Assembly (NCBI GenBank): GCA_963666055.2
Contig: CAXWPH010000015.1
Span: 1,824,001-1,888,000, forward strand
Source: Acidobacteriota bacterium
Lineage (GTDB): Bacteria; Acidobacteriota; UBA890; WLXD01
DNA: 64,000 nucleotides
Direction: 5' to 3'
The notes under the pieces were generated by a model. The model did no database searches, was not told where the DNA came from, and saw only the letters and a program-made list of their open reading frames with translations. The position numbers and the translations under genes are program-made. Below are positions 61,118 to 64,000 of this stretch, piece by piece (the stretch's first letter is position 1; every line of letters begins with the position of its first letter).

Positions 61118-61514
61118 GCCTCGCCGGACGGCTCAGCGGGGACCCACTCCAACAGGGGTGCGTCGCGCCAGAGGCGCTCGAGCTGATAGAAGTCTCGCGA
61201 CGGCGGTGTGAAGATGTGCACGACCAGGTCGATGTAGTCGAGGAGTATCCAGCTCGCTTCCGAACGGCCCTCGATGTGGTTTGGCTTGGCGCCCTGGTCC
61301 CGAAGACGCTCGCCCACTGCATCGCAGAGCGCCTGTACGTGTGGGGCGCTACGACCGCTGGTGATAATCATGTAGTCGGTGAAGCTCGACGTCTCCCGCA
61401 TGTACAGCACGACGCTTCGTTCGGCCTTGTGTTCGTCGAGCACTACCAACGCCTCGGCGACGATCGGCGGCAGAGCCTTGTCGAACCGTTCATTCTGCAG
61501 TTCCGACGCGGGCA

Positions 61515-61515
<1 letters not shown>
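61114..61515 (-). CDS. rsfS: Ribosome silencing factor
   Basis: FTDYMIITSG, WILLDYIDLVVHIF..RDFYQLERLW. Confidence 0.93.
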
Positions 61516-63573
<2,058 letters not shown>

Positions 63574-63577
63574 TTTT

Positions 63578-64000
63578 CTATCCCTCTCGTCCGCCGGCGA
63601 GTCGGTCCTGGAGCTCCTTGAGGTCGTCCCAGCGTTCCTCGGCCGCCAGGGCTGCCTGCTCCGGCCAGGTCGTCGGATCGTGAGAACGGAGGCGGCCACC
63701 AGCTGCCTCGAGAATCGCCCGCAGCGCCGGATCGTCGGAGCCAGCGAGGTCGGTGAACGTAGTGATTCCGGCGTCCTTCAACACGCTCTCGATCTTCGGT
63801 CCGATGCCTTCGATTCGCTTCAGGTTATCGTCGCCGGGCGACGCTTGCTCGGCCCTCTTGGCAGCGGGCTTTTTGGCAACGGGCTTCTTGGCAACCGCCT
63901 GCTTCGCCGGCTTCTCTTTGGCGGCCTTCTTGGCGGCGGCCTTCTTGGCCGCCGACTTCCCGCCGCTAGGCAACACGATCTCATCGATCTGCAGGGCGGT
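63578..64000 (-). CDS. rplU: 50S ribosomal protein L21, 3' part, with Lys/Ala-rich linker and HhH-like extension (partial)
   Basis: Frame open to the window edge (TALQIDEI, an L21-like C-terminus); position before rpmA; [14 protein letters not shown] HhH domain. Confidence 0.75.
   Translation of the reverse strand, partial: TALQIDEIVLPSGGKSAAKKAAAKKAAKEKPAKQAVAKKPVAKKPAAKRAEQASPGDDNLKRIEGIGPKIESVLKDAGITTFTDLAGSDDPALRAILEAAGGRLRSHDPTTWPEQAALAAEERWDDLKELQDRLAGGREG

Overview
High-GC bacterial chromosomal window, with gene content suggesting Acidobacteriota (Oar-type TonB receptor, sulfatase-like/TPR proteins, ADOP-type ABC permease). The left ~46 kb is accessory and metabolic. It holds tandem FAD oxidoreductases and an acyl-CoA dehydrogenase, a putatively sigma54-driven TonB-dependent receptor followed by TPR and sulfatase-like-TPR genes, and a region of gene scars. 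It also holds an exported DUF3179 protein read through an in-frame UGA (probable selenoprotein with a SECIS-like hairpin) and a frameshifted Gfo/DUF1080/TIM-barrel/NupG/DoxX/ApbE glycoside cluster. An ABC permease with an in-frame UGA, a vapBC module, an atypical aa3-type oxidase operon lacking the K-channel lysine, a LysM-DUF5715 protein and a GTDC1/QTMAN-like glycosyltransferase follow. The right ~18 kb is core: four tRNAs, tig-clpP-clpX-lon-engB, rpmE2-prfA-prmC-murA-hit, and rplU-rpmA-obgE-nadD-rsfS-rlmH-dksA-comF. No CRISPR array, integrase or transposase was seen. All calls come from motif recognition by eye; no searches were run.
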